The notes below the pieces were generated by a model. It saw only the letters and a list, made by a program, of their open reading frames with translations, searched no databases and was not told where the DNA came from. 64,000 nucleotides of DNA from Paraspadella gotoi (Eukaryota > Animalia > Chaetognatha): positions 2,256,113-2,320,112 of the forward strand of contig CM119263.1 in the NCBI GenBank assembly GCA_051294375.1. The letters are read 5' to 3'. Each line of letters begins with the position of its first letter. The stretch's first letter is position 1. Of this stretch, positions 1-14,061 are shown in pieces. The position numbers were made by a program, and so were the translations under genes.

Positions 1-379
1 CCTCTGCCTCTCTCGTCTCTCTCTGTCTCTGCTCGTCTCTCTCTCTCTCTCTCTCGTCTAAAACGCTTCAGTTATTAACGGTTCATTCACGAATTCAAGC
101 CGAAGTTCACTTCACTGATGGCGGACCAATAAAAGTTAGAGTTAGAGTTAGAAATTAGAGATCAGGGTTTAGAATAAATAAGAACAGAAATGGGACTTTC
201 TAGAAAAAGAAGAGCCCATAATTCCTGAGGTGATGTCGTGACATGGCACGACTTGTCAGACATAAAATCCTTTTCCTTTTCTCTCTTCTGCTCCGTCTCT
301 CTCTCTCGTCATTCTCTCTCTCATCACTCATCGCTCCGTCCATGTCTCTTGCTCCTACTCTCTCTCCATCTTCTCCTCT

Positions 380-1022
380 TGTCTCGTCCATCTCTCATCG
401 TCTTCTAGATCACTCTCAATTCACCATATTGGCGAAGTCAGTGACGCCCTCGACAACAGCAAAAAAGAAAAAAAAAAACCTCGACCAGAGGCGCATTTAA
501 CGATCGTCTGCGCGCCAACGGAAACGAAATGAGAAAAAACGAGCTCTTTTTTGTTGTCGCTCGTCGTCGTTCATTTTCATCGTCATCGTTGGACATCTGG
601 TCATCGTCGTCGGCGTGGCGGTGCCAAACGCGTACGGCAGCCTCACAACGCATAAGACTCCATCAATGCTTCGGCGAATTCAGACCAGGTAGTTCGTCGG
701 CAGCGCGAGCGGTTGTTCATCGAACGAAGAGAGAGAAGAGAGAGAAGAGAGAAGAAGAGAGAGAGAGAGAGGAAGAGACAGAAGAGAGAGAGAGAGAGAG
801 AGAAGACGAGAGGAAGAGAGAGAGAGAGAAGAGAGAGAGAAAGAGAGAGAGAGAGAAGAAGAGAGAGAGAAGATGAGGAGAGTATGAAGCGAGAGCGAGC
901 AGAAGAGAGGGTAGTTAAACCGAAGTTCTCGTTGTGAAAGGGATTAATTGGCAACTTCCTATTGGTGAATATTGAGGACATAAAACTGAATCTCTTGGCA
1001 TCAAGAGGTATCATCATCATCA

Positions 1023-1059
<37 letters not shown>

Positions 1060-1636
1060 TCATCATCATCACATCATCGTCGTCGTCGTCGTCGTCGTCG
1101 TCGTCATCCTTTTCAAGTCGAGTTGTCTAAGCGATCGTCGTCCAAAGACAGATTCCTCGCGTTCTGTCCGTCNNNNNNNNNNNNNNNNNNNNNNNNNTGT
1201 TACTCCTCTCGCTCTCTTCTCTCTCTTCACTCGCTCTTCGCTTCCTCTGCCCCTCGTCTCTTTTCTTTCCACCTCTCATCACCATATTGGGCGACAGGCA
1301 GTGACGCCCCTTGCGAACAACAGCAAAGAGAAAAGAAAAAAAAAAAAAACCTCGACCAGAGCCATTCTCCTCGTTGCGCGCCAAACGTGAACGAATGAGA
1401 AAAAACGAGGCTCTTGTTTTGTTCACTCGTCCGTCGTTCATTTTCATCGTTCGTCGTTGACATTCTGTCCATCGTACTCGGCGGTGTGGGCCGTGAGACC
1501 AATACGCGTCATGGCAGCGCTCACACACCTATAAGGATCTCCATCAATGCTTCGCGGGAATTCGGACCAAGAGGTTTCGTGCAGCGCGCGGGCGCGTGTG
1601 TGTGTTCATTCCCGAGGAAGCGAGAGAGAGAGAGGA

Positions 1637-1669
<33 letters not shown>

Positions 1670-2388
1670 GAGAGGAGAGAGAGGAGACGAAGAGGGAAGA
1701 GAAGAAGAGGAAGAGAGAGGAGAGAAGGCGAGGAGAGAGAGAGAGAGGAGAGAGAGACGGGATTGACGACGACGTTCGTGGGGAGAGACGAAGGTTGATA
1801 TCGTTCAAAATCCGTCTCAATGAATGGGTGAGTGAGAGTGAGCAGTGAGAGAGATGAGAGTGTAAGTGAGAGAGAGAGGGAGAAAGACAGAGAGAAGAGG
1901 CGAGAGAGAAGACGAGAGGGGAAGACATGAGAGAGAAGAAGAGAGGACGACGACAGTAGCCGAACGAACGGACATAATACGATAAGGATGGTATGAGGCG
2001 AAGAGCCAGAAAATTGAGAAAAAGTGAATCGGTTCGAAAATCCGGCGGTACTCAATGAAATGCGGTGAGATGTGAGAAGTGAGAGAGAGAGTGATGAACC
2101 GAGAGAGAGAGAAGACGGACGAGGAGTGGAGAGAGAGAGAGGAGGGAAGAAGATCTAGAGAAGACAGGACGACGACGTGACAGACGACGCGACATTTGAG
2201 CGGCGGACGAATTGAATATCGTCACTCCCGATCTCAATGAATGCGGTTGTGACAGAGAGAGAGAGATGACGAGAGAGAGGAAGAGAGAGAGATGAGAACG
2301 GAAGAGAGAGAGAGGACAGACGACGACGGACGACTTGAGGCGACCTCCAACTTGAATATCGTTAACATCCGTCTCAATGAATGGCGTT

Positions 2389-2419
<31 letters not shown>

Positions 2420-2831
2420 GTGATGAAGTGGTGAGAAGAGAAGCCCAGAAGTTCTCCCGAGACGACGGATTTGATGGAGGGCATTAACGTTGAGGGCGGT
2501 ATCTTATAGTTGCAATTATATCTCTTCTGATTGTGAATATTTGAGGACATTAAAACTGAATCTTTGGCCAGAGGTATCATCATCATCACATCATCATCAT
2601 ATCATCATCATCATCATCATTCAATCATCATCATCATACATCATCGTCGATCGTCGCTCGTCGTCTCGTCATCTCTTTCAAGTCGAGTTGTCTAAGCGAT
2701 CGTCGTCCAAAGACAGATTCCTCCTTCTTCCGTCTGTCCGGAATGTTCCGTCGATCAGTCACGCCTTGAAGCCCGGGAAAATAATTTCGAGCGGAAACCA
2801 GAAAAAAAAAATTCGAACTCGATCACTTTGA
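380..2831 (+). other. Very noisy, partly duplicated segment possibly holding the 3' exons of a + strand gene entering from the left
   Basis: Blocks recur with many indels either side of the 25-N gap at 1173-1197 (~420-720 vs ~1275-1610; ~960-1170 vs ~2530-2740). Donor-like ends are visible (aatgaatgg|gtgagt ~1828, ccagag|gtatca ~2573) and a possible last exon (tttcaag|..ELSKRSSSKDRFLLLPSVRN..RTRSL*). Too degraded to build a model. Confidence 0.2.
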
Positions 2832-2984
2832 TTGCCTCGTCAAGTCAATTGGACAAAGGGCGATCGTGATTTCCTTGACTTGAATCGCGCCGATCATTTT
2901 ATTGAGGTTATTAAGGTTCGAGTTTATCGAATTTTAATCCTCGGATCATCAGACATAAGTACTGACTGACGGGGACGAGGGGTG

Positions 2985-3017
<33 letters not shown>

Positions 3018-4220
3018 CGCATTGTCGAGGAAGACGACGATGAAGACGGTCACAGCCAAGGCGAGGACGATGAAGACAAAAAAAAGTAAAAACGACGACG
3101 ACCACTACGACGACTATTACGACGACGACGACGAGGACGACGACAACAACGACGACGCCTCTTTCCACTGACTCAAGGGCTTCTGCCCACCACTCCGATT
3201 TTCATCTCCACCCCGACATTGCACCACTATTCTTTCCACCACGCCGACTCCTACATTAAGACGAAAAAAAGACGATCTTTCTTTATTATATATTATATAA
3301 TGTTCAAATATCTTCTAGAAATAACAAAATTGTAAAGAATTATTATATTAGATATAAAGTAGATAATAGTAAATATTTTACATATTACTATGACGCATTA
3401 TAATTTTTTAAATAGAAGATTTTAATTAAAATTTTAGGTCAGATTCTAGTAAATGTTTAAAAATATTATAAATTTTATTAAGATCATTTAAATTTTTGGT
3501 CTCACTTAACATAAAAATTTTCAAAAACAAACTATACTTTGCGAAGTAACTTAACAATGTCTTTCCAAATACGTATTACAAAACTCTTATTGATTAAAAG
3601 TGATAAATTGTGGCCCGCCTTACCCTACATGCTCTCCCGCAGCCTCCACCTCACTTTTTTTTCACCTTCATACCACTGTACGGAGGCAGGAAAACATTCT
3701 GGTACATTTCAAATGAAATTTTGTTCTTCAGTCTCATTTGCATATTGTAGCATTTAGGATCATTTCTCATATCTTTCGATACGGTTTGTCTAGAATTGTT
3801 TTTTTACTAGTTTACCGAGACTTTTAAAAGGTTTCAAAAATAATTTAGTTTTCAAATTAGTTCCAAGTTGTTTTACCCATTCTTCACCCACCTTCATCTA
3901 ACTCAATAGTCACTAAACTCCCTCACTCCACCCTGACACCCTCCACCCTCCACCCTTCACCGACTCGTGATGAAGTGAGATTCACGTTTTACTCTTTCGT
4001 CTTTCGTCGACGAAAAACTCAAACTCGTTTTGGCGAAATTCGCCGCCGACGGAGAAAAATGAAAGGGAGAAAAAAATATATTTATTAAAATACGGAATAT
4101 TTATACCGAATATTTGGGTAAATTTCAAAAATAAATTAATATTTTTTTAGACAAAAAATGTATTGTTGTTCATGTTAGAGAAGGAAGAGATAAGAAAGAA
4201 GAAAAGTGGGTAGACAAGAA

Positions 4221-4223
4221 GGA

Positions 4224-4298
<75 letters not shown>
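4221..4298. repeat. (GAAA)n microsatellite
   Basis: Direct tetranucleotide run in the sequence. Confidence 0.9.
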
Positions 4299-6163
4299 TG
4301 AGATGAAAAAAAATAAGGAAAGAAAGAAAAATAATATTTTTTTAAAAATTTAACAAGAAATTGTTATTTAAAAAATTAGATTGTTGTAAATTGTAATGAA
4401 AGAAAGAAAGAAAGAAAAAAAAAAAAGAAAGATAGAAAGTCTTAATAACAAAAATCTCCGCGTAATTCGTTGTTAGATGGCGCGATGGGGCGAGGGGATG
4501 TCGATTCACGGGGCCTCTCTCAAATTCACTTCAAACAATTTCGTGAATTTAAAAACTTTGTCCGTCGTCAAGTTTAACGTTACTTCTCCCCAAAATTACA
4601 AGCAAACATAAAAATGTAATTTCAATGTAGATTTAACTCGCGGACGATGCAAAAAAAAATTTGTTTTCGTGAGGGATCGTACAATAATATCTCTTACGAG
4701 AAAAAAAAGAAAAGAATAAACATTTGTTATTGCAATAAAAAGAATTTGGAAAGACCCTAGTTTTTTTTTTATTGCCGCTAGGGGTAATTCTTGTAAGCGA
4801 GGCTCCGTTTTCGATACGTCTTCAAATCGCTGGATAAATATTCTTCAACAAAATCGATAAATGACAACAACGAAAATTATTTTTTTTCTCATTTTCTTTT
4901 TTCAATTTTATTTTTCGGTTCAACGCAGATCGTGGCTCTTGGCCGAATTTCTCCCATTTTGTCATCCAAAATTTTCATTTTTTTCCCTCAAAATTAACAA
5001 AAATCGTTTTTAGTTATTACTCAATTATGAATTATGAATCTCATCGAGTAAATCACAACTTTAATTAGGCTCTACCATAAATCATTTAAAACCTGAATTT
5101 GAATTTTTTTAATATTTAACAAATTCTAAGAAATGACCCATGATTGAATATTATAAAATTTGACTCTATGTTACCGTAATACAATGAAAAAAAGCCAGAG
5201 TACGCAGTTAAGCACCAAACAGTTTGATACATGAAGATCAGAAATGATAATTTTTCTACAATATTTGTATGTAAACCGAAAATATTCAAATCTAAACAGT
5301 ATCAGGGCTTATAATAATAACTTTTTTTCCTAGAAAAAGTTGAAGTAAAAACGAAGTTAATCTGACAAAAGCTGAAAACATTCCGTAAATTCAAAGTTTT
5401 TGAAAGTTTTTAAAAGATATTTCAATTCGAATGTTTTCTAAAGTTATCTGAAATTTGAAATTTCATTCTATAATTGTAAGGTCAGCAAATAACTTATCTG
5501 TTCTCCAATTTTCTGATTGAATTTAAAAATATATTCACCAACAGATTTTAAATTTTGATTTTATTCACATCAGTCTGTCTATAAAATATAAAAGTCAGTT
5601 TTGTACTAAAATAAATTTTCGTAGATAAATAATAAATAATAAATTTCTGGTAGTTTTCTTGGCTTAATCTCTATATGGATTTTGTCTCCATCCCAACATG
5701 TATTTGTATTTTAACTCCACATCTATTTGGATTACTACTCCATCTCTCATCTTGTTTTGACTCACTCTTAGTTTGGATTTCGAGTCCATCTCTCGTTGTC
5801 TTTTAACTCCATTTCTAGTCAAGTTTAATTCCGCCTCCGGATCAACTTCGCCTCGAGATTCGATTCACTCAATTAATTTCAATTCAACGGGAAAATAAAA
5901 AAAAAGCAAAAGAATTACAAGTAAAAAAAGCAAAAAGCAAAAAAGCGAATTTTAGTTGAATTAAAAAAATCATTTGACGCAACAAATTCGTGGCAAATAA
6001 AAAAAACGAATAAAAATGACGTAATTCTGTAAAATGAAACCACATTTTTGCAAATGAAGCAAAAATGAAGTAAACAATGATGATAAAAATATAATAACAA
6101 AATATTACTGGAATATTAGACCCAACGATTTCTCCCCAACTCGTCACCAAAACGAAAAACAAA

Positions 6164-6716
6164 ATGGTAGACGATTGTACCGACGACGGAATCGTCAACG
6201 CATGCGCAGATCGGATTTGGCCTGAAATCGCGCGACGATGTTTATACCATGGAGACTCGAGCCGAAGCGGCGTCGTGGGTGGCGCAGGCGGCGTTGTGGA
6301 CGATGCCGTCGGTAACGACGGCGTCGCCACGCGTCCCGGCGCCCGAGAATACGGCGACGAGATTTCGAACGGAAGGCCTCCAAATCCCATCATCGGAAAC
6401 ATCGCTTGTTTTTCCGGAATTTCTTTCCCTACCAATGACCTCGATTATTTTCACGGAATCGCGAGTCACTCACCCTCAAATATCGCGTCTAACTTACCCT
6501 CGACAAAAATCGTCTCTCGCCGCTTCGACGCCGAGAACTTTCCGCCTCTGTCACTCTCCTTTGCCGGGAACTCTTCCAGGGCCGGAAGAGATCCGGCCAG
6601 GACTACTGACCGTCGACCCTTTTCTGTCGGCGTCGAGGACAAGACACTCATCGCCTTCTCGCCACAAAAATCACTAAAGGACACAAGAAAACCTTTGCGC
6701 CTCCAAAGAAAATCTG
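6164..6716 (+). CDS. Putative upstream exon of the ankyrin gene (coding status uncertain; may be 5'UTR/promoter)
   Basis: Open GC-rich frame MVDDCTDD..RLQRKS ending at donor tctg|gtaaaa in phase 1, which joins in frame to the acceptor at 8124. No recognisable domain. Confidence 0.4.
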
Positions 6717-7071
6717 GTAAAATTAAATAGTAAATAAATAAATAAATAAATAAATAAATTTTAAAAATGGGTTTTTTTTATCGGATTTTTTTGTTTTTCG
6801 ATAAAAAGTAAGACAATCAAAAACTTTTCTTTCGTGTACGACGAACATTTCAGACAAACGGAAAATTAGATTTCCTTTCTCTCGTCAGAATCGTCCTCGT
6901 CATCTCTCTCTTCTCTAGGCGTCATCTCGTCTGATCTCACGTCCCTCTCTCCTCTCTCTCTACTCTCTCTCTCTCTCTCTTTTCTTTACTTTTTTTCATA
7001 CGTGTCAGGATATTTATTAGTTCGCATTGTTTTTCAAGTGTTTATTTTTCTCCCTTTTACTTTCATTTTTT

Positions 7072-7345
7072 AGTTACGTCGCGAGTAACTCTATAAGTCA
7101 CTTTTTCGGTCAGGTTCTTGTTCGGTATCGCGTCGGTATGTCTGTTCATCGGACTGTCCTACTTACGTTAAAAATGCTCATAACTCGCTTATAGTTAATA
7201 TCGGAAAAAACCTCAAATCTAAGTGATCGCTAGGGCCGCTTTCAGGAAATTCTAAAACTGTAAAGAATAAAAGACGAATGCAATGCGTGACATAAATACA
7301 TAGGCTAAGAAAGTCACTACGGCGCAACACATTGGATGGATTCAT
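7072..7345 (+). mobile_element. Short interspersed non-autonomous element (HINE/DINE-1-like)
   Basis: Begins after a T-run, has aactctataagtcacttt followed by GTCG/GTCT microsatellite, then a core cttacgttaaaaatgctcataactcgc..ttcaggaaattctaaa..aaagaataaaagacg shared with 21061-21270. The 3' motif ggctaagaaagtcactacggcgcaa is also at ~21597. Family assignment is inference. Confidence 0.5.
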
Positions 7346-8123
7346 CTTTTCTTTTGATTTTAGATCGGTCTGTCGGTCTTTTTGTCTGTTTGTCTGTTTG
7401 TCTGTCTATCAGTTTGTCTAATAATGTTTTAAATACAGAAGGTGCTTTAAGTGCATAATTTTATGTTTCATATTTTGGAAGATAACTGTATAAAAACGAT
7501 GATATGTCCAGTACAATTCATGTAATACTGAANNNNNNNNNNNNNNNNNNNNNNNNNNNNNNNNNNNNNNNNNNNNNNNNNNNNNNNNNNNNNNNNNNNN
7601 NNNNNNNNNNNNNNNNNNNNNNNNNNNNNNNNNNNNNNNNNNNNNNNNNNNNNNNNNNNNNNNNNNNNNNNNNNNNNNNNNNNNNNNNNNNNNNNNNNNN
7701 NNNNNNNNNNNNNNNNNNNNNNNNNNNNNNNNNNNNNNNNNNNNNNNNNNNNNNNNNNNNNNNNNNNNNNNNNNCTTTTCTCCCGATTCACGCTTCAAAT
7801 TTATGTTACAATTACTATTACTACTATTACTATTACTATACAATGATAATTATAATTGCAAAAAAAAAGAAAATAAGGAAAAAAAAGGAAAAAAACGCGG
7901 AAAGAAATTTAAAGTGCCATTTTTAAATAAATACTTTACGTTTAACACGTCACGCATAAGACGCGAACAAAATATATTTAAAAAAATGGTTTGAAGATTG
8001 AGGAAGAGAGAGAGAGAAAGAGGAGAGAGAGAGGAGAGAGGAGAGAAGAGAGAGAGAGAGAGAGAGAGAAAAGAGAGAACCGACCGAAGCCAAAAGAAAG
8101 AAAAACCATCTTTCTTCCTTTAG

Positions 8124-8355
8124 ATTCGGCGACCATGGACAGAATTAACTCGACATCAACTAAAGCTGCTCTTTCCTCTTCTTCCTTCTCCTTTCCTCCC
8201 TCCTTCCTCCCTTTTTCTCCTCGTCTCCTCCTCTTTTCTTTCCTCCTTCTCTCCTCCTTCCTCCCTTCCTCCTCCGCGAGGAAGACGGAGGCGGAAGGAT
8301 CGCTGGCGGACGCCGTCCGAAGAAAGGACGAAAACCTCGTCGCTAGAATTCTCAG
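8124..8355 (+). CDS. Ankyrin-repeat protein exon: signal-peptide-like N-terminus and start of ANK module 1
   Basis: Acceptor ttcctttag|att; Kozak-type accATGg at 8135; MDRINS..PRLLLFSFLLLSSFLPSSSA-RKTEAEGSLADAVRRKDENLVARIL; donor ctcag|gtcagt in phase 2, matching the next exon. Confidence 0.75.
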
Positions 8356-10897
8356 GTCAGTGATGATGATGATGATGATGATGATGGTGATGATGGTGAT
8401 GGTGATGATGATGATGATGATGATTACAGCGACCACGAGCGTTGAAAGTGTTTAAAGTGTTGACTCAATCTACATATTTAACGCAGCTGCCAGCGGTGAT
8501 GCTCATTCCGACGATGACGACGACGACGACGACGATAACGACGACGACGACGAAATGGAATTTGTTGACATCGTTAACGTTGACCGGAAAGTTGTTTAAA
8601 CCTCATTTCGTCTGGAATCTCAAGTCGAAATCTGGTCTCGATTTGGCCCAAGGAAAAAAAAACATCCAAAAAAAAAAAGGCTCACAGGAAAAAAAAAGAG
8701 GAAAAAGGAAAAAGAGAGAAAACTAACTCACAACCGAAATCGTTACAGCGACGCTTACGAGTTTCCACTCTAGCTGCTCTTTTCTTTTCTTTTCTTTTCT
8801 TTTCTTTTCTTTTCTTTTCTTTTCTTTTCTTTTTTCCCCTTTTCTTTTCTTTTCTTTTCCTTTTAATTTCTTTTATTTTCTTTTCTTTTTAATTTCTTTT
8901 CTTTTCTTTTCTTTTCTTTTCTTTTCTTTTTTTCCCCTTTTCTTTTCTTTTATTTTCCTTTTAATTTCTTTTCTTTTCTTTTTAATTTATTTTCTTTTCT
9001 TTTCTTTTCTTTTTTCCCCTTTTCTTTTCCAAAGAGCGAGATTTTCCCTCAAAATTAACAAAAATCGTTTTAGTTATACTCATTATGAATTAGAATCTCA
9101 TCGAGTAAATCACAACTTTAATTAGGCTCTACCATAAATCATTTAAAACTGATTTGAATTTTTTTTAATATTTAACAAATTCTAGAAATACCCATGATTG
9201 ATATTATAAAATTTGACTCTATGTTACCGTAATACAATGAAAAAAAGCCAGAGTACGCAGTTAAGCACCAAACAGTTGATACATGAAGATCAGAAATGAT
9301 AATTTTTCTACAATTTTGTATGTAACCGAAAATATTCAAAATCTAAACGTATCAGGTTATAATAATACTTTTTTTCCTAGAAAAAGTTTGAGTAAAAACG
9401 AAGTTAATCTGAACAAAAGCTGAAAACATTCCGTAAATTCAAAGTTTTTGAAAGTTTTTAAAAGATATTTCAATTCGATGTTTTCAAAGTTATCTGAAAT
9501 TTGAATTTCATTCTATAATTGTAAGTCAGCAAATAAACTTATCTGTTCTCCAATTTTCTGATTGAATTTAAAAATATATTCACCACAGATTTTAATTTTG
9601 ATTTTATTCACATACAGTCTGTCTATAAATATAAAAGTCAGTTTTGTACTAAAATAAATTTTTCGTAGATAAATATAATAATATTTTGGAGTTTTCTTGG
9701 CTTAATCTCTATAGGATATTTGTCTCCATCCAACATGTATTTGTATTTTAACTCCACATCTATTTGGATTAATACTCCATCTCTCATTCTTGTTTTGACT
9801 CACTCTTAGTTTGGATTTCGAGTCCATCTCTCGTTGTCTTTTAACTCCATTTCTAGTCAAGTTTAATTCCGCTCCGGATCACTTTCGCCTCGAGATTCGA
9901 TTCACTTCAATTATTTCACAATTCAACGGGAAAATAAAAAAAAAGCAAAAGAATACAAGTAAAAAAAGCCAAAAGCAAAAAGCGAATTTTAGTTGAATTA
10001 AAAAAATCATTTGACGCAACAAATTCGTGGCAAAATAAAAAAAACGAATAAAATGACGTAATCTGTAAAATGAAACCACATTTTTTGCAAATGAAGCAAA
10101 AATGAGTAAACAATGATGATAAAATATAATAACAAAATATTACTCGGTAATATTAGACCCAACGATTTCCAACTCGTCACCAAAAGCGAAAAACAAAATG
10201 GTAGACGATTGTACCGACGACGAATCTCAACAAGCATGCGCAGATCGATTTGGCCTGAAATGCGCGCCGACGATGTTTATACCATGGAGACTCGAGCCGA
10301 AGCGGCGTCGTGGGTGGGCAGGCGGCGTTGTGGACGATGCCGTCGTAACGACGGCGTCGCCACCGTCCCGGCGCCCGAGAATACGGGACGAGATTTCGAA
10401 CGGAAGGCCTCCAAATCCCATCATCGAAACATGCTTGTTTTTCCGGATTTCTTTCCTACCAATGACCTCGATTATTTTCACGGAATGCGAGTCACTCACC
10501 CTCAAATATCCGCGTCTAACTTACCCTCGACAAAAAGTCGTTATACGCCGACTTCGACGCCGAGAACTTCCGCCTCTGTCACTCTCCTTTGCGGGAATCT
10601 TCCAGGGCCGGAAGAGACCGGCAGGACTACTGACCGTCGACCCTTTTCTGTGCGGCGTCGGGAAAGACACTCATCGCCTTCTCGCCACAAAAATCATAAA
10701 GGACACAAGAAAACCTTTGCGCTCCAAGAAAATCTGGTAAAAATTAAATAGTAGTAAATAAATAAATAAATAAATAATAATATTTAAAAATGGGTTTTTT
10801 TTTATCGGATTTTTTTGTTTTCGATAAAAAGTAAGACAATCAAAAACATTTTCTTTCGGTACGACAACATTTCAGACAAACGGAAAATTAGATTTTC

Positions 10898-10968
<71 letters not shown>

Positions 10969-11544
10969 CTCTCTCTTCTCCCTCTCTCTTTTCTTTACTT
11001 TTTCATACGTCAGGATATTTATTATGTTGCATTTTTTTCAAGTGTTTATATTTTTCTCCCTTTTCTTTCATTTTTTAGTTAGTCGCGAGTAACTCTATAA
11101 GTCACTTTTCGGGTCTCTGTCGGTCGGTCGTGTCTTGTTTCATCGGACTGTCCTACTTACGTTAAAAATGCTCATAACTCGCTTATAGTTAATATGGAAA
11201 AAACCTCAATATAAGTGATCGCTAGGGCCGCTTTCAGGAAATTCTAAAACTGTAAAGAATAAAAGACGAATGCAATGTCGTGACATAAATACATAGGCTA
11301 AGAAGTCACTACGGCGCAACACATTGGATGGATTCATCTTTTCTTTTGATTTTAGATCGTCTGTCCGGTCTTTTTGTCTGTTTTGTCTGTTTGTCTGTCT
11401 ATCAGTTTGTCTAATAATGTTTTAAATACAGAAGTGCTTTAAGGCATAATTTTATGTTTCATATTTTGGAAGATAACTGTATAAAAACGATGATTATGTC
11501 CAGTACATTCATGTAATACTGAATATTTTAAATAATATTTTCAT

Positions 11545-11613
<69 letters not shown>

Positions 11614-13539
11614 AGAGAGGATAATGAAAGAAAGAAGAAAAGAGAGAAAATCGAACAAAATCGACAGATTTTAAGGAAAAAAAATCAAATGAAAATCAAA
11701 ATTTAATCGATTTTTTTGAAAAAAAAATTGGAAAGAAACTTCCAGGTTTTCTTTTTTTTTTTTTTTTTCAAGTTTGTCATCTTTCTCCGCGATTCACGCT
11801 TCAAATTTATGTTACAATTACTATTATACTATTACTATTACTATAAATGCTAATTATAATTGCAAAAAAAAAGAAAATAAGGGAAAAAAAGGGAAAAAAA
11901 CACCGGAAAGAAATTTAAAGTGCATTTTAAATAATACTTTCCGTTTAACCACGTCACGCATAAGACCGAACAAAAATATATTTAAAAAAATGGTTTTGAA
12001 GATTAGGAAGAGAGGAGAGAGGAAGAGGAGAGAAGAGAGAAGAGAGAGAGAGAGAGAGAGATGAGAGAGAGAGAGAGGAGAAAAGAAGAGAACCGACCGA
12101 AGCAAAGAAAGAAAAAACATCTTTCTCCTTTAGTCGCGACTGGACGAATTACTCGACATAACTAAGTGCTCTTTCCTCTTCTTCTTCTCTTTCCTCCTCC
12201 TTCCTCCTTTTTCTCCTCGTCTCCTCCTCTTTTCTTCCTCCTTCTCTCCTCCTTCCTCTTCCTCCTCGCGAGGAAGAGGAGGGGAAGGATGCTGCGGACG
12301 CCGTCCGAAGAAAGGACGAAAATCGTCGCTAGATTCTCAGGTCAGTGATGATGAGATGTGATGATGATGATGTGGATGATGATGGTGATGTATGATGATG
12401 ATGGGATGTGATGATGATGTAGTGATACAGCGACACGAGCGTTGAAAGTGTTTAAAGTGTACTCAATCTACATATTTAACGCAGCTGCCAGCGTGATGCT
12501 ATTGGACGATGACGACGACGACGACGACGACGATAACGACGACGACGACGAAATGAATTTGTTACATCGTTAACGTTGACGCGGAAAGTGTTTAAACCTC
12601 ATTTCGTCTGGAATTCAAGTCGAAATCTGGTCTCGATTTGCCCAAGCCGCAAAAAAAAAACATCTCGAAAAAAAAAAAAGGCTCACAGAGAAAAAAAAGA
12701 GGAAAAAGCGAAAAAGAGAGAGAAAAACTACTCAACACCAAATCTTACACGACCGCTTACGAGTTTCCACTCTAGCTGCCTCATTTCCTTTTCTTTTCTT
12801 TTCCTTTCTTTCTTTTTCTTTTCTTTTTCTTTTTTCCCTTTTCTTTTCTTTTCCGTGTGGTTAGCTTTTCCTTAATTCTTCTTTTCTTTTCTTTTCTTTT
12901 CCCTTTTCTTTTCTTCTCTTTTCTTCTTATTTTTTATTTTCCTTTTTTAATTTCTTTTCTTCTTTTTCTTTTCTTTTTTTTTCCCCTTTCTTTTTTTTTA
13001 TTCATTTCTTTTCTTTCTTTTTCTTTTAATTCTTTTTTTTCTTTTCTTTCTTTTCTCTTTTCCTTGTTTTTCCCCTTTTCTATTTCTTTTATTTTCCTTT
13101 TAATTCTTTCTTTTCTTTTCTTAATTTATTTTCTTTTCTTCCTTCTTTTTTCCCCTTTCTTTCTTCTTTCCTTTTAATTCTTTTCTTTTCTTTTAATTTT
13201 TCCTTTTCTTTTCTTTTTTTCTTTTTCTTTTTTCACCTTTTTTTTTTTTCTTTTCTTTTTTTTCACCTTTTTTCTTTTTCTTTTCTTTCTTTTTTTCACC
13301 TTTTTTTTCTTTTCTTTTTTCACTTTTCCCTTTAATTTCTNNNNNNNNNNNNNNNNNNNNNNNNNCTTTTCTTTTCTTTTCTTTTCTTTTCTTTTTTTTC
13401 TCTTTCACTACTTTCCTTCTATATTCCTTCTTTCTCTTTTTCTTTTCTTTCTTTCCCACCAAGAGGTCCACCGGGTCACTCAAGGTTCCACATTTCGACG
13501 CCCAATTTAAAACTGACCCAAACCCTTTTTGAATCGGAG

Positions 13540-13850
13540 CAGGTGGACGACGCCGGCTTCTAAGACCTGTCGCCGCCTTCTGAGTAAAAGGCGCCGCCTA
13601 CTGAATTGATTGCATCTCGTATTAGGTGGTGGCGCCTTTTGAGTCGCCGGCGTACCCATTACGGCAGTGGCGCCGCTTTCTGGTCGATGGCGCCGCCTTT
13701 TAAATCGACGGCGCCGCTTTCGAAATCGACAACGTCGCCTTTCGAGTCGATCGCGCCACACATTACCTCAGTGGCGCCGCATTTTAAATGGACAGCGCCG
13801 TCTCTTCAGTCGTTTGCCCCACTCTTTTAAACTGTGGTACCGCCTTTGGA
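13540..13850. repeat. Degenerate ~21-bp GC-rich minisatellite (core tcgacggcgccgc)
   Basis: ggcgccgc recurs at ~21-nt spacing; the periodic reading frames checked on both strands contain stops. Confidence 0.6.
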
Positions 13851-14029
13851 GTTTGGAGTCAATGGAGTAAATGACCACGACGCCGCTTGTTGAAACTTTT
13901 TCGTTTCCAGTTGAAGGAAAAGGAAAAGGAAAAGGAAAAGGAAAAGGAAAAGGAAAAGGAAAAGGAAAAGGAAAAGGAAAATGAAAAGGAAAAGGCTTTC
14001 GTCAATCTGAGGTGAAAACAGTGACGACG

Positions 14030-14061
<32 letters not shown>

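Larger units (their letters stand above)
4983..13150. repeat. ~4.06 kb tandem duplication (copy 1 ~4983-9040, copy 2 ~9043-13150); probable assembly artefact
   Basis: Both copies start ttttccctcaaaattaacaaaaatcg. Copy 2 differs almost only by 1-bp indels that frameshift the exon copies at ~10198-10737 and ~12134-12340. It ends near the 25-N gap at 13341-13365. Confidence 0.85.
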
